DNA of 64,000 nt. It comes from Paludibacteraceae bacterium (lineage in GTDB: Bacteria; Bacteroidota; Bacteroidia; Bacteroidales; Paludibacteraceae). Positions within the stretch are counted from its first letter, which is position 1; each line of letters opens with the position of its first letter. The DNA lies in the NCBI GenBank assembly GCA_045599545.1, contig JAZRWG010000015.1:335-64334 (forward strand). The letters run 5' to 3'. Position numbers and translations under genes: made by a program. Under the pieces are notes generated by a model that was not told the origin of the DNA, searched no databases, and saw nothing but the letters and a program-made list of their open reading frames with translations. Positions 61,601 through 64,000 of the stretch are shown here, piece by piece.

Positions 61601-64000
61601 ACCGGTTATAACGGACACTTCTTCGGGGAAGTCTTGTACCATAATGTCACCCATATAGGTGATGGACAACTTCTGCGAGGACACGTTATACTTAAATTGA
61701 TAACTACCAACCTTAGGCGCAGTATAAGAGATATTATAACTATCTCCGGAACCATATTCCAGGGAGATATTTTCTACGTCACCCGTATAATTAGCACTCG
61801 TTTTTCCTAACCAGCAGTCACAGGTTTGCCAGAGTTTGAAAAAGATGTCTTGATTCGCAGAGGTGCTTGTCCAAACTGCTTCAAAGACATTTGGATCAGT
61901 AGTCGGTTTGAAACGATACTCGTCACGCGGTCCTGCCCAATCATTGAAGGAACCTCGGAGGTAATATTCTGTTTCCTCATCATAACTTGACCAATAACCA
62001 TTACCGTAATATTTACATTCTTTATAGTTGTCCGTATTACAATCATGTTTATTGTATATAGCCGAAATATAGTTATCTGCATTAAACAAGGGGTAACATG
62101 GGTTGAAATTCTCTAATGCCGTTACATAGGTGTTGTCAAATGCACTATAATTATCTTGCCTATCATTAACAAAAGCCACAGCTGCATGGGCAGTAAAATC
62201 ATATGCATAGTAGTATATGTCCGTTTGACCAATGCGTGTCATCTCAAAACCTGTCAAGTTCTTCGATTCCGGTCCTTTTTTGGTACTACATTCTTCTGCA
62301 TCATTCCACTGCAACTTATCTGTTGTATAGAAATATACGAACACTTGATTATTTGGCCAATCAGAAGGTTTTCTATAGTAAATCTTCTTCATCTCCACAA
62401 AGTTGGCAGTAACAGAACCCTCTCCTGTAACAGTTACAGAGGTAGATGCATTATCTGCATTCGCAACTTGTGCGCCACCGGTTGTGGTCCATTTTTCGAA
62501 CTTATATCCCGCATCAGGGGTAGCAGTTACATTATATCCACTACGCACACCCACGCTATGAACACCATCTGAGAAGTTCAAATGGCCATGCCCTCCAGAC
62601 TTGAAGTTCACAGAATATGTCTGCTCAGGAGCGGCGGTATAAGATAATGTATTGGCTACAGGGTCATAGGTCAAAATGATTGGACCACCGAAGTTAGTCG
62701 TTTCTGAGAACCAGAAGTTTTTACCACTAGAAGATGTTAAACCCGAGCTTATGTTGTCTTTATTAAACCAGAAATTATCTCCCGTGCAATTAGCGGCTTG
62801 TAATTTAGTGAAACCACCCGATTGTGTCCAAGTTGCAATATGAAGAACATACAAGTTGGAGTTAATACTTGCCGCAGCTTCATTGACATAGAGATAAGTG
62901 TTGAGCCTGTATTTGTTTTCAGCCTCGACAAAAGGTATTTCTATATTTTTTGTTGAAGAACCGTCTGAAACATAAGCTCCGTCCGTAGCACCTGTATATT
63001 TCCATGTATTACCATCTAACTCGGTGCGCACTTTGAAACGTCCTTCAATATATACATGGATTTGGTCCCACTGCGCATAGAGGGTTGTGTTAGCATCCTT
63101 ATTCCATGTACGAGCAGAAATACCGGCAGCGGTGTAGTATTGCGTACCGCCTGTTTCAGCCGAGTAATATCCCAAGAACTTATATCCGTTTTTTACAGGA
63201 GCAGTGAAATTGCTCAATGTCGGCATCGCAGCATTATACGTGGCGGTTACATTTCCGGGAGTTGTACCCGTACCCCCATTGTTGTCGAAGGAGATGGTGT
63301 AGGTTTTGGCGGTCCATTGGGCAGTTAGCGCAATATCTGCCGTCGGAATGTAGGAAGCACCCGCGTTGCCAATCAACGCGCTATTGTTGTACCAACCTGT
63401 AAAGTTATAGCCGGTCTTTTGCGGTGTCGGCAATGTAACCGAAGCAGGTGTCCATTGTGCGGTCATTGTAACCTCTGCACCTTGGGTAGAAGCAAGGTTA
63501 GTAACCTCTTCTTCGTCTGTGTAATTGGTTTCGTTGAAAGTCCAATTAGCAAAGGTATAGTTAGCAACGGCACTTGTTTTAGTATTACCACCCGTTGCGC
63601 CATTATACATATAGAAAACTGTATATGCGCGTGTGAAACCATTAGCGGTTAAGGCTTGTTCTACATCGTAGGTGTGCGAACTACTTTCCGTTGAACCACC
63701 TGTATTGCCATTACCTGCGTAGGTGATAGTGTAGGTGATAGGCGTCCACTTAGCGTAGAGGGTAAGTGGGTCGGTTGTGGTCTTAATCCATTTGATAGGG
63801 TTATCGTTGGAAGTGTAACCTGCCACGTTAGCAATCCAAGCGCCATTCTCATCAACAAGTTGAGTACCCGTTCCGTTATCTCCTGTAAAGTAACCACCAA
63901 AGATATAACCGGTTTTGGTAATAGTAATCGTCCCTAAATTTTGAGTACTATTATAAGTTAACGCTCTTGAATTTGTTCCGCTTGTTCCTCCATTTTTCTC
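58655..64000 (-). CDS. giant cell-surface protein (more than 1780 aa, 5' end off-window), Listeria-Bacteroides (Flg_new) repeats plus a C-terminal sorting-type domain; probable T9SS cargo
   Basis: The frame stays open from 63826 to the window edge (…TKTGYIFGGYFTGDNGTG…), so the GTG in the track is not the start. Repeats include TYTITYAGNGNTGG, KTGYNFTGWY and TYTISFDNNGGTG…GYKFLGYY…LYAQW. There are several CBM-like modules (IYYRKPSDWPNNQVFVYFY…). The C-terminal region is beta-rich and ends LLFNGNIYLINAGRVYNATGAELR. Confidence 0.8.
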   Translation of the reverse strand, partial: EKNGGTSGTNSRALTYNSTQNLGTITITKTGYIFGGYFTGDNGTGTQLVDENGAWIANVAGYTSNDNPIKWIKTTTDPLTLYAKWTPITYTITYAGNGNTGGSTESSSHTYDVEQALTANGFTRAYTVFYMYNGATGGNTKTSAVANYTFANWTFNETNYTDEEEVTNLASTQGAEVTMTAQWTPASVTLPTPQKTGYNFTGWYNNSALIGNAGASYIPTADIALTAQWTAKTYTISFDNNGGTGTTPGNVTATYNAAMPTLSNFTAPVKNGYKFLGYYSAETGGTQYYTAAGISARTWNKDANTTLYAQWDQIHVYIEGRFKVRTELDGNTWKYTGATDGAYVSDGSSTKNIEIPFVEAENKYRLNTYLYVNEAAASINSNLYVLHIATWTQSGGFTKLQAANCTGDNFWFNKDNISSGLTSSSGKNFWFSETTNFGGPIILTYDPVANTLSYTAAPEQTYSVNFKSGGHGHLNFSDGVHSVGVRSGYNVTATPDAGYKFEKWTTTGGAQVANADNASTSVTVTGEGSVTANFVEMKKIYYRKPSDWPNNQVFVYFYTTDKLQWNDAEECSTKKGPESKNLTGFEMTRIGQTDIYYYAYDFTAHAAVAFVNDRQDNYSAFDNTYVTALENFNPCYPLFNADNYISAIYNKHDCNTDNYKECKYYGNGYWSSYDEETEYYLRGSFNDWAGPRDEYRFKPTTDPNVFEAVWTSTSANQDIFFKLWQTCDCWLGKTSANYTGDVENISLEYGSGDSYNISYTAPKVGSYQFKYNVSSQKLSITYMGDIMVQDFPEEVSVITGRQYKITPTVTLREGMTLDDLEISVTGNSHAQFTQSGTNLIVLGNSEGTDNVIVTYRNKNTDYSVTKNLKVNVATGITLQAKTETTEQSWTKTDLVHVHFWSTDGDKAQDASMTYNSESGIYSVTIPKIVDGEGNINFLFWYGENINMLGGNDAKWRQTDNMQTKVDMCYTIGYNSASDAYRVATPGTGLCESGAYQIEISMKNGNTYLSNIVTTESTSKTFSFFAPQDGDVTYKGGTVRLLKDGAVVKTLTGFSQAGIYVADLGSDDITTPKLYEGDYYVIAGVSGSELDDNTKMHKFTPRANTAEDYSYYWTVYSGNCTDKNVIAKVANEYNSNLSLTIGADALTQSDGTVAAGNVRFSYEPTTNAFKRAILGASNSNDFLNVYGNNVYADADATQPLNEAQSLNLSKFADNSDWVYEKVVYVKVADAESESKVTLKSVFNGQTSHLLGYEIDDQTGEEKKDSPNQLTVLGKGSTTGESAYAIRISYDFKRNRLISSWEPTAGTYNSDMSINSDVLFIRTEDDDVQQVQVGIKDGGTESYKISSLQHVMFVMEIDGSTDKTSYSQYWISLPFDCQISDIFGVEGYITLDENRIALDGTWGIMRYRGDLRAQKGWFQETEGFWEWMYENETMYAGEGYVLFFERSSIKDWPTIKAKDGSNKALKRLYFPSLYAGFEMTNTVDEAHSKFTCESMRCTIKTPEDREAYDSNWRVIGPKSYNNIKAQSVVEDQPYGEQTKFPNFLYTYNVNNEKGHKYEPHDGKEFNYQSFHSYMVQYEGTITWVPYTQTTPATVAAHYVEDSNFKGGTLTIELMQNNEQLDRTFVKLDEKSTAGFDFSQDMTKITENAAQIASISENVLYAGNTLPLNTELVPLNVKVTANGTYDIALKQSLEGLEVKLFDAFEQTITPLDLMSATITLEKGEYKDRFFLQLKQKGADAPTSFDGKMEQYNLPMDKTQKLLFNGNIYLINAGRVYNATGAELR

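Noticed and set aside
1-64000. tRNA, rRNA, riboswitch or other structured ncRNA genes.
   Set aside because: The intergenic spacers are short and are explained by promoters, hairpins and arrays. No cloverleaf-like or rRNA-like sequence was recognised by eye. A covariance-model scan would be needed to be certain.

Overview
64-kb chromosomal window from a Bacteroidota (Bacteroidales-like) genome. This assignment rests on about ten canonical Bacteroides-type promoters (TTTG, exactly 20 nt, TAnnTTTG), a porP-porK-porL-porM-porN type IX secretion (T9SS) operon plus porQ, and the conserved blocks uppS-bamA-skp-skp and ftsX-DUF3098-uppP-truB-queA. Most of the window (12.9-55.5 kb) is tightly packed housekeeping: coaE, rlmH, murF, radA, rnz, dnaN, murI, hflX, polA, ybeY, ung, cmk, ispH and pfkA. 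There are two accessory islets. (i) 0-7.8 kb holds an antitoxin-like ORF behind a G19 tract, a retropepsin-like protease operon, a wHTH / nucleotidyltransferase / metallophosphoesterase operon, and two inverted AAA+/DUF4143 ATPase paralogs bracketing two unknown paralogous genes. (ii) 55.5-58.6 kb holds another DUF4143 ATPase, a truncated copy and a NYN-domain gene flanked by direct repeats. A five-gene secreted/outer-membrane operon lies at 7.9-12.9 kb, and a very large T9SS-cargo-like surface protein runs from 58.7 kb off the right edge. No rRNA, tRNA, CRISPR, transposase or integrase was recognised. The most unusual property is the density of short tandem repeats: more than 30 arrays of 6-, 7-, 8-, 9-, 11- or 16-nt units from a few sequence families. 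They fill intergenic spacers, often abutting stop codons. The same unit families are also inserted in frame inside essential genes (coaE, murF, radA, murI, hflX, polA, ispH) and form parts of signal peptides and protein termini. A second notable observation is that two consecutive gene junctions of the surface operon split a B-repeat domain across two polypeptides. All family names are motif-level calls made by eye, without database searches.
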